DNA from: an uncultured Actinomycetes bacterium
GTDB taxonomy: Bacteria > Actinomycetota > UBA4738 > HRBIN12
Direction of reading: 5' to 3'
Assembly: GCA_963704885.1 (NCBI GenBank)
Contig: CAVPIB010000004.1
Span: forward strand, 64,001 to 128,000
Length of the DNA stretch: 64,000 nucleotides
The notes below the pieces were generated by a model. That model was not told where the DNA came from. It did no database searches and saw only the letters and a list, made by a program, of their open reading frames with translations. This document shows, piece after piece, positions 50,013-58,521 of the stretch; position 1 is the stretch's first letter, and each line of letters begins with the position of its first letter. Position numbers and translations under genes: made by a program.

Positions 50013-50960
50013 ATGACAGGCAAGGTGCTATTGGCGTCGCCTCGTGGATACTGCGCCGGCGTCGATCGAGCTGTGGACGCCGTGGAGCGGGCGCTCGCCA
50101 AACACGGCGCACCCGTATACGTGCGCAAGCAGATAGTCCACAACCTGCACGTCGTCCGAGATCTGGAGTCCAAGGGCGCCGTGTTCGTTGAGGAGGAGAC
50201 CGAGGTTCCCCCGGGTGCGGTGGTCGTTCTCTCCGCCCACGGCGTGGCGCCGGAGGTCTACTCGAACTCGAGGGTTCGAGACCTCGAGGTGATCGACGCC
50301 ACGTGCCCGCTCGTGACGAAGGTCCACGTGGAGGCGCGGCGGTTCGCGGCGGATGGTCGGACGATCGTGCTCATCGGACACGCCGGTCACGAGGAGGTCG
50401 TCGGCACCACCGGCCAGGCCCCCGACCGGACGATCTTGGTGCAGAGCCCGGCGGAGGCCCGGACGGTGGAGATCCCGGACCCCGGGGACCTCTCCTACCT
50501 GACCCAGACCACGCTTTCGGTCGACGAGACCAACGAGATCCTGCAGATCCTGCGCGACCGGTTCCCGGGCATCGAAGGTCCTCCTCGTGAGGACATCTGC
50601 TACGCGACCCAGAACCGCCAGGATGCCGTGAAGGCGATCGCGCCACGGGTTGACGTGCTCCTGGTGATCGGCTCCAAGAACTCCTCGAACTCCAACCGCC
50701 TGGCGGAAGTCTCCCGCGAAAGAGGAACGCCCGCCCACCTGGTGGATGACGAGACGGACGTCGACCCTATGTGGCTGGTGGATGCCGTCACCGTCGGTCT
50801 CACCTCGGGGGCGTCCGCACCGGAGTGGTTGATCGACCGGATGCTCGATTGGCTGGCCACGCACGGGTTCGCCGACGTGGAGGTGGTGACGCTCGCGGAG
50901 GAATCCGTTCGGTTCTCGTTGCCGGCGGGCGTGCGAGAGGTGCCGCTGCCCGGCGCCTAG
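50013..50960 (+). CDS. ispH: 4-hydroxy-3-methylbut-2-enyl diphosphate reductase
   Basis: PRGYCAGVDRA, IVHN, SAHG, DATCPLVTKVH, ICYATQNRQ, NSSNS. Confidence 0.97.
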   Translation: MTGKVLLASPRGYCAGVDRAVDAVERALAKHGAPVYVRKQIVHNLHVVRDLESKGAVFVEEETEVPPGAVVVLSAHGVAPEVYSNSRVRDLEVIDATCPLVTKVHVEARRFAADGRTIVLIGHAGHEEVVGTTGQAPDRTILVQSPAEARTVEIPDPGDLSYLTQTTLSVDETNEILQILRDRFPGIEGPPREDICYATQNRQDAVKAIAPRVDVLLVIGSKNSSNSNRLAEVSRERGTPAHLVDDETDVDPMWLVDAVTVGLTSGASAPEWLIDRMLDWLATHGFADVEVVTLAEESVRFSLPAGVREVPLPGA

Positions 50961-50962
50961 CC

Positions 50963-51514
50963 CTAGCTCCAGGCGCTGAACTGATCGCGGTCCTCGTCGG
51001 GTTCCTCGTACAGGATCGACACCAGCGTCTTCGTGGAACGAACACCGGGGAGCGAGTGGATCTGTTCGAGTATCACGCCGCTCGCGATCTCCCAGGGCTG
51101 CACGACGCAGGCCATCAGGTCCCATTCGCCACCCAGCACCGCCACGCCGGCCACATCGGGCATCTCCGAGATCCGCTCGACGAGGCCGGCCGCCGCGCCC
51201 GGATCGATCTGCATGTGTACGTAGCTCGCGCCACCCACGATGGCGGGGGCCTCTAACGTGCCGAACCCGGCGATCCCCACCCGGTCCGCTGGTACGGCCG
51301 GAGCCGTGAGCGTGCGGGTCACGCCTTCGACGCTGTGGATCTGCGTCAAGACCGTCGTGGCGATCTGTTCCAGGTCTGTGCCCTCCACCTGGATCAGGAC
51401 GTCGTAGTCGCCGATCACCGCGATCGAGCGGCGGAGCCCCGCCCGCCCGGCGAGCTGGGTGAGGACCGAGCCGACCTTGCCGGGCTCGACCTGTAGGTAC
51501 ACGTAAGCGTCCAT
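50963..51514 (-). CDS. Tandem Lrp/AsnC ligand-binding (RAM) domains without HTH
   Basis: Two repeats of AYV...EPG...GxYD...I.S..GV..T.T. Confidence 0.8.
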   Translation of the reverse strand: MDAYVYLQVEPGKVGSVLTQLAGRAGLRRSIAVIGDYDVLIQVEGTDLEQIATTVLTQIHSVEGVTRTLTAPAVPADRVGIAGFGTLEAPAIVGGASYVHMQIDPGAAAGLVERISEMPDVAGVAVLGGEWDLMACVVQPWEIASGVILEQIHSLPGVRSTKTLVSILYEEPDEDRDQFSAWS

Positions 51515-51516
51515 GC

Positions 51517-52713
51517 TCAGCCCTCCACCAGGGCGGATCTGTTGGCCCCGCAGAGCTCGAGGAGCTCATCCTCGCCGTCCTCGGGACCCACGGAGATCAG
51601 CCGGTCCCCGGCGCGGAGCTCGAATCGCGCCCGGGGGCGGTACGTCCAGCGAGGACCCCGCTGGACCGCCAGCACGAACATGCCTGTCTCGGTCTCCACC
51701 CGGAGGTCGCGGAGCGAGTGACCGTCTGCGCGGGAGCCCCCCTCCACGACGGTCTCCGCGAACGTCTCCTCGGTCTCCTCCAAGGCCATCTGCACGACGG
51801 GATGCAGTGGTTCGCCGTGCTCCACGTACCACGTCATGTCGCGCGCGGAATCGCACATGTACTCGCTCGCGCTGGCGAGGCGGAGCAGGCCGCGTAGCTC
51901 GTCGGGGTTGCGAGCCTCTGGTGCCGCTCGGAGAACCCACGACTCGAGCTCGTCGTGCAATATGTCGCTGCGAGCCTCGAGCGCGCCGACCTCCGCCGCC
52001 AGCGATCGATTGTTGAACAGCAGTGACGAGTAGGCGAGCCCGACCGCCGCTTCGGCCAGGTCCTTCATCTCCACCAGGATGTCGACGGCGCGATCGAGCT
52101 CAGATAACGCCGGGACGTCATCACCTTCCATCTCAGGCAGGGGAGGGGCCGCGGCCATCGCCCGAACCAGGTTCACGCCCTCCTCAGGCCCGCGGATCAG
52201 CAGCACGTCCTGCTCGGAGACGACGTCGTGGGGTCCGGGGTCGAACCGCCAGTCCATGCCGCTGCGGATCGCAACTACCCACATGCCGGTCGCGGTAGGT
52301 AGCGAGAGATCCCGCAGCGTTTGGCCGGCCGCGACCGCGTCCGGGCGGATCTTCACGCGGGCCGTCATCTCGTCGGCGTGGCGGAGGTCGTAACGCAGAG
52401 CGTCGGGGATGCCCAGCCTGGCGGCCACCACCCGCGCGATATCGGACGCGGCATCGCCTATCCGCTCGATCGCATCGGCGATCCACAACACCCCAGCCAT
52501 GCCCTCCGCGTCCTCAGGACTACGGGCTGCGAGCATGGCCATGGTGCGCAGTCGCCGCAGGTAGAACGTCATGCGCTCGTCCAGCCGTCCGACCTCGCGA
52601 GCCAGCTTCTCCTCGTTGAAGAAGACGGCCGCGTAGGCCAAGTCGACCATGAGCTCGGAAGCGTCCTTCAGCTCGACGAGCAGCTCTTTGACGGTCTTCG
52701 GTTCGTCATCCAT
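51517..52713 (-). CDS. Duplicated PhoU + TrkA-C (RCK_C) domain protein
   Basis: ELKDASELMVDLAYAA and EMKDLAEAAVGLAYSS repeats, each followed by L.DL.L.T.TGM.V.A.R. Confidence 0.85.
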   Translation of the reverse strand: MDDEPKTVKELLVELKDASELMVDLAYAAVFFNEEKLAREVGRLDERMTFYLRRLRTMAMLAARSPEDAEGMAGVLWIADAIERIGDAASDIARVVAARLGIPDALRYDLRHADEMTARVKIRPDAVAAGQTLRDLSLPTATGMWVVAIRSGMDWRFDPGPHDVVSEQDVLLIRGPEEGVNLVRAMAAAPPLPEMEGDDVPALSELDRAVDILVEMKDLAEAAVGLAYSSLLFNNRSLAAEVGALEARSDILHDELESWVLRAAPEARNPDELRGLLRLASASEYMCDSARDMTWYVEHGEPLHPVVQMALEETEETFAETVVEGGSRADGHSLRDLRVETETGMFVLAVQRGPRWTYRPRARFELRAGDRLISVGPEDGEDELLELCGANRSALVEG

Positions 52714-53941
52714 ACGGCAGCACTCCCGATACTGACATAACGAACAGGACGCAGGCGACCCCCGCCAGATCCATGACGCTCGTGATGATGGGAACGGTGT
52801 GGTTGTCGGGGTCAAGGCCGAACCGGTACGTGACGATCGCCAGGTAGTAGCTGGTGACGATCGTGAACGGCGTGACGATCATCCCGGCGACGAGCGAACC
52901 CGCGATCACAGCCCCCGGCGAGATGGGGGCATGGCCCGTGAGCGTGGCCAGTCCGACCGCGATCGTGCCGATCAGCGAGAACACCGCCACCGCCAGGATG
53001 AAGACGACGGTGCCGTCCACGAGCGCCGGTGCCTCCGGCAACCCGCGCGGTGTGATGACCCCGATCTGGAGCTTGGAGCTGATACGCGAGGCGAAGATCC
53101 CGCCGAGCGCCCCCGCTTGCGAGACGAATGGGGGGATCAAGATCAACAGGACCGGGACCGCCGTGAGCTCCGTGAGGCGGTTCTCCTGGAGGGTTCCAGC
53201 CAAGACATCGAGGATGGGCGTCAGCAGGATCACGGCGGTCATCTCGAGCACGATGCGGTGCACGGCCGAGGAGTCCACGGTGTACGCGCGGACGATCGCG
53301 TATAGCCCGGCCAGAACGCACAGGCCCGATACCACCGCGTTCATCGTGTCGTTGCCGACCAGGAACGTTGCCAGATACAGAGTGGGCAGCGTGGCCATGT
53401 CGCCCAGAGCGGTGACCATGGGCGTCGACACGGAATCCAGGTCCCACCCCCGTCGGTGCGAGAGCACCGACAGGGCCACGGTGATCAGGAGGATCAGCAA
53501 CGAGCCGAGCGCTCCACCCACGACGGAGATCGTGATCAGGCTCCACACGGAGATCGTCGGCGCGCCGAACGCCGACCCGGCCAGCTTCGCAACAACGGCG
53601 AGCCAGAGCGACGACGCGAACGTGGTCACCACGGCGACGTAGACATTCTGGTACAGGACGCCGCCGCGACGGCGCGTCACCTCGAACGTCCCGGCGGCGT
53701 TCGAGGTGCCCAGCCGAGCACCGATCGCGCCGAAGATCGTGCCGCGCATGCCGACGGCGGCTGGGATCAGGACCAACAGGCCGGGGAGAGATCGGAGCGT
53801 GTCGCTGATGCCTGAGAGCGTCAGCCCTGCGATGAAGCCCGCGACCGTGCTGAGGATGAGCGCGACCATGCCCTGCCGGAGCGTCCGACGCTCCGCTCGC
53901 AGGGACCGGAAGACACGCTTGGCGCGGCGAGGCATCGCCAT
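52706..53941 (-). CDS. Duplicated MgtE-type membrane-domain transporter (COG1824-like)
   Basis: P...GMRG.IFG....RL, DLDSVSTPMVTALGD and DPDNHTVPIITSVMD. Confidence 0.88.
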   Translation of the reverse strand: MAMPRRAKRVFRSLRAERRTLRQGMVALILSTVAGFIAGLTLSGISDTLRSLPGLLVLIPAAVGMRGTIFGAIGARLGTSNAAGTFEVTRRRGGVLYQNVYVAVVTTFASSLWLAVVAKLAGSAFGAPTISVWSLITISVVGGALGSLLILLITVALSVLSHRRGWDLDSVSTPMVTALGDMATLPTLYLATFLVGNDTMNAVVSGLCVLAGLYAIVRAYTVDSSAVHRIVLEMTAVILLTPILDVLAGTLQENRLTELTAVPVLLILIPPFVSQAGALGGIFASRISSKLQIGVITPRGLPEAPALVDGTVVFILAVAVFSLIGTIAVGLATLTGHAPISPGAVIAGSLVAGMIVTPFTIVTSYYLAIVTYRFGLDPDNHTVPIITSVMDLAGVACVLFVMSVSGVLPYG

Positions 53942-54040
53942 AACGGCACGCTCACGGTTCGCATCCTTCTTCGATCAGGGGCAAGGACCCGATGGGTCCG
54001 AAGGGAGTATGGCCTGCGATGGAGGCCGGAACAACCTCAC

Positions 54041-54958
54041 TCAGACGACCCAGTCTCTGGTCACGAACAACCAGAACGCGAGTCCCGCGTGCTCGCCGTA
54101 CCGGCGGAACCGGCGCTCGATCTGCCGATCCGGGACGCTCTTCCTCCCCACCAGGCGCGCGTACGTTGGGCGCGTCCACGAATCGAGGATCAATCGTGAG
54201 TTGCGGCCGATGGTCATCATGATGTGCGCCGCCGCGTAGGGACCGACGCCGGAGAGCGCCAAGAGCCGTTGCTCGAGATCTGCGTCGGGGAGCTCCTGGG
54301 CAGTGGATCGTGCGAGCGCCTCGAGGTCGAGCTCACCGCTCGCCACCGACCGCGCCAGGGCGATCAGGTAGGCGCCGCGATAGCCGGCGCGAACGACCTC
54401 CCGGTAGAACGCTTCGGGGGTCGATGCCATCGCCTCGGCCGTCGGGAACGCGTTGGTCCTCGGGCCGTCGCCACCTACGGCAGGATCCCCGAGGTGCTCG
54501 ACGAGGGCGTTCACCATCCGTACGGTTCCGCTCCACGCGCAGTTGGTCGTGCAGATGGTCTTCACCACGTCCTCGAACACCGTCGGGCTCTGGAGCATCC
54601 GCCCGGCGCCCGTCGCCGCCCATGCCAGCTCGGGATCGTCGCCGAGCGCCGCATAGAACCCCGCGAGATCGTGATCGAGTCGGAGCACGTGACGCACTCC
54701 CGCCAGGACGTCATCGCGCACACGGGCGCCCGCGACCGGTCCGAAGATCTCGATCGAGGCCTTCCCTCGCCGACCTTCGGCGATCCGGACGCGCCGGGGG
54801 CGACCTCCCCGAACCCGGAGCGTGACGTCCAACGTCCGGGCTTGCTCGTCGAGTCGCGTGGGCGCTAATTCGGCGAACCCGTGGGAATCCATGGTTCTCC
54901 AGAGGTCCACGGGTTCATCCCCGGGGCCTACGAGAGGAAGGGCCAGCCGAGTCGTCAT
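54041..54958 (-). CDS. HhH-GPD DNA glycosylase family protein
   Basis: PTVFEDVVKTICTTN, AFPT, GYR, LSGVGPYAA. Confidence 0.85.
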   Translation of the reverse strand: MTTRLALPLVGPGDEPVDLWRTMDSHGFAELAPTRLDEQARTLDVTLRVRGGRPRRVRIAEGRRGKASIEIFGPVAGARVRDDVLAGVRHVLRLDHDLAGFYAALGDDPELAWAATGAGRMLQSPTVFEDVVKTICTTNCAWSGTVRMVNALVEHLGDPAVGGDGPRTNAFPTAEAMASTPEAFYREVVRAGYRGAYLIALARSVASGELDLEALARSTAQELPDADLEQRLLALSGVGPYAAAHIMMTIGRNSRLILDSWTRPTYARLVGRKSVPDRQIERRFRRYGEHAGLAFWLFVTRDWVV

Positions 54959-55050
54959 CCCCGCGTGGGTGCAGCCGCGATAGCGTCGTGTCTGTCCATG
55001 GCAGGCATCGTAGTCGGGGAGGTTCCCGGTCCACTCCGTAGACTCCCCAC

Positions 55051-55308
55051 GTGATCGAGCTGACGGACGCCGCGTGGACGCTGATGCGGGTCGCTTCTAC
55101 GGCCGCGCGCCGGTTCGTGCCGGACGCAGGGATCCGGATCGCCGCGGTGGAGGAGGTAGTGAGGTTCGGATTGGCGGATGCCCCGCTCGCCGGAGATCTG
55201 GTCTTGGAGCGGGATGACATCAGGTTGTTCGTGGCTTCGGACCTGGATGGGGTCGTCGACGTGGTCGAGCCTCATGGAACCCTCGTGCTCCGCCCCGCCT
55301 TGATGTAG
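55051..55308 (+). CDS. HesB/IscA-fold-like small protein lacking cysteines
   Basis: MIELTDAA, AGIRI, P..GD.V.E...IRLFV; TAGACT -10 6 nt before the GTG. Confidence 0.6.
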   Translation: MIELTDAAWTLMRVASTAARRFVPDAGIRIAAVEEVVRFGLADAPLAGDLVLERDDIRLFVASDLDGVVDVVEPHGTLVLRPALM

Positions 55309-55346
55309 GGCGAGGACGGGACCTAGCGGCTAGCTCAGAGGTTCTG

Positions 55347-56606
55347 TCAGGCGCCAGCTCGCGCGATCTCCTCGAGCGCGACGAGGACCCGATCGACATC
55401 TTCGATCGAGTGGTAGTGGCAGAACCCGATCCGAACGGCGCCGCCGGTGTCGAGCAATCCGAGGCGCTCCATGATGGTTATCGCGTAGTAATGACCGTCC
55501 CACACGTATATGCCTCGCCTCGCGAGCTCCGACGCGGTCTTCAACGGATCCTCATCACCCAGCCGGATCGCGAACGTAGGTGTTCGCTCGGCGAGTCGCG
55601 CCTGATCCGAAACCCCCCACAGCCGCAGCCCAGGCACGTCGGTGATCCCCTCCAGGAACCGGGCCGACAGGTTGCGCTCGTGGCCGCCGATCGCGTCGAA
55701 CCCCGCGACGATCTCTTCGCGCCTGTCGTCGCCGGCGGGAGCGCCGAACGTCCTGCCCAGCTCGGCCAGGTAGTCCACTGCGGCGGTCATGCCCGCTAGC
55801 CCCTCGTGGTTCTGGGTGCCGGTCTCCCATCGCTCCGGCGCCTCGTCTGGGGCCGGGCGAAGCTTGTACGGCATCCACGTCTCGAGCAGTTCCCGGCGGA
55901 CGGCGAGCACGCCCAGATGCGGCCCGAAGAACTTGTACGGCGAGCATGCGAGGATGTCGGCCCCGAGCCCGTGCAGGTCGAGGGCCCGATGCTGCGCCAT
56001 GTGCACGCCGTCGACGGCCGCCAACGCGCCGGCGTCGTGAACACGCCGGACCAGGTCTGCGGCCGGCGGGATCGTCCCAACGGCGTTCGACGCCAAGGTG
56101 AACGCGACCAGCCGGGTGCGCTCCGAGAGCGCAGCATCGAACGAGACCAGGTCGATCGTCACGTCGTCATCCAGGATGTCGACCCATCGCACGGTCGCGC
56201 CGGCGTCCTCAGCCGCAAGGATCCACGGGCGCACGTTCGCGTCGTGATCGAGCTTGGTGACGACGACCTCGTCTCCCGGCCCCAGGGTCTTCGCGAACGA
56301 ACGAGAGAGATGCAGCAGCAAGGTGGTGGCGTTCGGTCCGAACACGATCTCGCCCGGATCCGCGCCGGTGAGGTCGGCGGCGGCGGCCCGAGCAGATGCG
56401 ATCAGTTCGTCCGTCTCCTCGCTCGCGGGGAACGCTCCGTGCGTGTTCGAGATGCCGCTGCGGAGATGTTCGGCCATCGCATCGATGACGGTGTCCGGAA
56501 CCTGGGACCCGCCCGGTGCGTCCGCGTAGACCACCGGGCGTCCATCGTCGCCGGCTCGTGCGAGGGCAGGGAACCGGGCGCGGATGCGACCGACGTCGAG
56601 AGTCAT
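55347..56606 (-). CDS. Cysteine desulfurase-like class V aminotransferase
   Basis: IRARFPAL, DAPGGSQVP, LDHDANVRPW, CSPYKFFGPH, WETGT, RTPT. Confidence 0.92.
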   Translation of the reverse strand: MTLDVGRIRARFPALARAGDDGRPVVYADAPGGSQVPDTVIDAMAEHLRSGISNTHGAFPASEETDELIASARAAAADLTGADPGEIVFGPNATTLLLHLSRSFAKTLGPGDEVVVTKLDHDANVRPWILAAEDAGATVRWVDILDDDVTIDLVSFDAALSERTRLVAFTLASNAVGTIPPAADLVRRVHDAGALAAVDGVHMAQHRALDLHGLGADILACSPYKFFGPHLGVLAVRRELLETWMPYKLRPAPDEAPERWETGTQNHEGLAGMTAAVDYLAELGRTFGAPAGDDRREEIVAGFDAIGGHERNLSARFLEGITDVPGLRLWGVSDQARLAERTPTFAIRLGDEDPLKTASELARRGIYVWDGHYYAITIMERLGLLDTGGAVRIGFCHYHSIEDVDRVLVALEEIARAGA

Positions 56607-56622
56607 CTCGATGCGATCCGGC

Positions 56623-57480
56623 CTACGCGTTCGCGGACAGCTCTGATCGGAGCGTGTCCGCGGAGAGCGCCTCGCTCCTGGCACGCAGATCCAGATAGAG
56701 CAGCACCGAGACCAGCGCGGAGAACGGCGCCGTGATGACCGTCGCGATCGCGGTGAAGATCCAGCGGACGATCCAAGCACTCCCGCCGATCGACCCGATC
56801 ACACTGCCGATGACGCCCGTGATCAAGCCGGCGACGACGATCACACCCACCGCGTGCCAGAAGTGCCCCTTGACCAGGTTCCACGATCGACTCATGGCGT
56901 CGGTCCCGCGTCGGTTCTCCACCACCAGAGCGGGGATGGAAACGCTCAGGAACACCGCGAAGATGAGCCCGGGGATGATCAGCAGGATCAGGCCCCCCAG
57001 GACCGCTAGGCCGACCAGTAGCGAGACCAGGATCACGCTCCCGAGGCGCTTGAAGCCGTACCTGTAGCTCGCCTCGGTATCGACGGGATCGCCGATCGTG
57101 GCCTGCGCGGCCGCCCTCAGGATGGCGGCCTCCAGGACCGCCCAGATGATCACCGAGATCGCGGCTCCGATCGCGGCTACCAGCAAGAACATGAAGATGC
57201 CGCGCGAGTCCACGACGTCGGCAGGCTCGCCCAGGACCACGATCCGAGTCGTCCCGGGCGCGAAGACGACGCTCGACAGCAGTGCGCTGACGAACGACAG
57301 CGGCACGACCACGACCGCCACGATGACGGCGAGCTTGGCGATGTTCGCCTTATACATGTTGAAGGCCGCCGAGAGGATCTCGCCGAGCGTCTTCGGCGGG
57401 ATGCCGCCCTGCTGACCGCCCATCATCGGTGGGGGAGGAGGCGGTGGTGGGGGCGTCGGGCCGCCGGGGATGTCGCTCAT
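56623..57480 (-). CDS. Integral membrane protein with Pro-rich N-terminus
   Basis: LGEILSAAF, LVVE, AMSRSWNLVKG, LYLDLR.R.E. Confidence 0.8.
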   Translation of the reverse strand: MSDIPGGPTPPPPPPPPPMMGGQQGGIPPKTLGEILSAAFNMYKANIAKLAVIVAVVVVPLSFVSALLSSVVFAPGTTRIVVLGEPADVVDSRGIFMFLLVAAIGAAISVIIWAVLEAAILRAAAQATIGDPVDTEASYRYGFKRLGSVILVSLLVGLAVLGGLILLIIPGLIFAVFLSVSIPALVVENRRGTDAMSRSWNLVKGHFWHAVGVIVVAGLITGVIGSVIGSIGGSAWIVRWIFTAIATVITAPFSALVSVLLYLDLRARSEALSADTLRSELSANA

Positions 57481-57521
57481 GGATGGCTCCTTAGGGATGA
57501 CTGGAACCGCAGCCTAATCGC

Positions 57522-58124
57522 TCAGACGACGTCCCACCCTGGTGGGAGCTCGGGCGCGGACCACGATGTATCGGGGCGCCAGTCCTCCCAGGGCTCGTCG
57601 AACGGCGGCAGCCGCAGTAGCACGTGCTCGATCGCGCGTTCCCCCCAGTAGCGGAGAGCGACGGCCTCGTCCTCGGTGAACAGGCCGACTGCGATGCCTT
57701 CGGCCAGCTCTTCCTCGTCCTTCCACGTCCACGACGACCGATCCATCGGGATCAGGACGTCGAGCAGGTGGTCGACGGTGTCGAACCCGATCGACGTGCG
57801 CGCAAGCGGCGCCTGCATGTTCACGTACCACCCACGCGGCGACCCGTCGGGCTCCATGAGCAGCAGGACCGAGTAAGGAGTGTCGGGCCACGCGAACGAC
57901 AGCACGCCGAAGTCCCCGCGTTCGCGGACGTACAGGTGCCACGGCCGGTCGGGGAAGCGGAGCTCAATGCCCGCGTCGTCGATCGCAACGCCGCAGCGGA
58001 CGAACGGCGCGACGAATAGCGTCGTCTGTTCCGGCAGATCCGCGACGACGGATGCTGGCCGGGCCTCGAAGACCTGCCCGTTCCAGAGCTCGCGGATCGC
58101 TACCACGTCGCCCGGGGACCACAT
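57522..58124 (-). CDS. DUF402 family protein
   Basis: WYVNMQ.P, DTVDHLLDV, WKDEEE. Confidence 0.85.
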   Translation of the reverse strand: MWSPGDVVAIRELWNGQVFEARPASVVADLPEQTTLFVAPFVRCGVAIDDAGIELRFPDRPWHLYVRERGDFGVLSFAWPDTPYSVLLLMEPDGSPRGWYVNMQAPLARTSIGFDTVDHLLDVLIPMDRSSWTWKDEEELAEGIAVGLFTEDEAVALRYWGERAIEHVLLRLPPFDEPWEDWRPDTSWSAPELPPGWDVV

Positions 58125-58198
58125 GGGCGGACCGTACCCCGGCCCCGAACGTCCGTCTTGACGGCTGTCGGAGGTCGGGAGTAGATTCATCTTCCCTC

Positions 58199-58214
58199 TC
58201 GAACATACGTTCGA
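58199..58214. promoter_or_regulatory. LexA (SOS) box
   Basis: TCGAAC-ATAC-GTTCGA downstream of the TTGACG-N18-TAGATT promoter (58158-58187). Confidence 0.9.
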
Positions 58215-58235
58215 TTCCCGAGGGCGTCAGATGGG

Positions 58236-58490
58236 ATGGAACGGGTGTCGAAGCGCTACGACGAAGACGTCCAGGTGGAACGCGACGCCGGGATGCCCTC
58301 GATCTTCGTGTGGCGCGGCCGGCGCTACCAGGTCGTCGACGTGATCGGCCGATGGCGGATCGAGGGCCGGTGGTGGGCCGACGGCCGCGACCGCGAGTAC
58401 TGGCGCGTCGAGGCCAAGGGAGGCGCGGTATGGGACCTGTACCACGACCTCAAGCGCAACGCCTGGCATATGGAACGTCTCTGGGACTGA
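58236..58490 (+). CDS. DUF6504 family protein
   Basis: P..FVWRGRRY.V..V..RW....WW, EYWRVEA, DL, W..ERLWD. Confidence 0.88.
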   Translation: MERVSKRYDEDVQVERDAGMPSIFVWRGRRYQVVDVIGRWRIEGRWWADGRDREYWRVEAKGGAVWDLYHDLKRNAWHMERLWD

Positions 58491-58521
58491 ATGAGGACCA
58501 CTGTCATCAACCTCCCCCTCC

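Noticed and set aside
57425-57465. G-rich tract as a G-quadruplex or regulatory repeat
   Set aside because: It is the antisense of a poly-proline coding stretch at the N-terminus of the membrane protein
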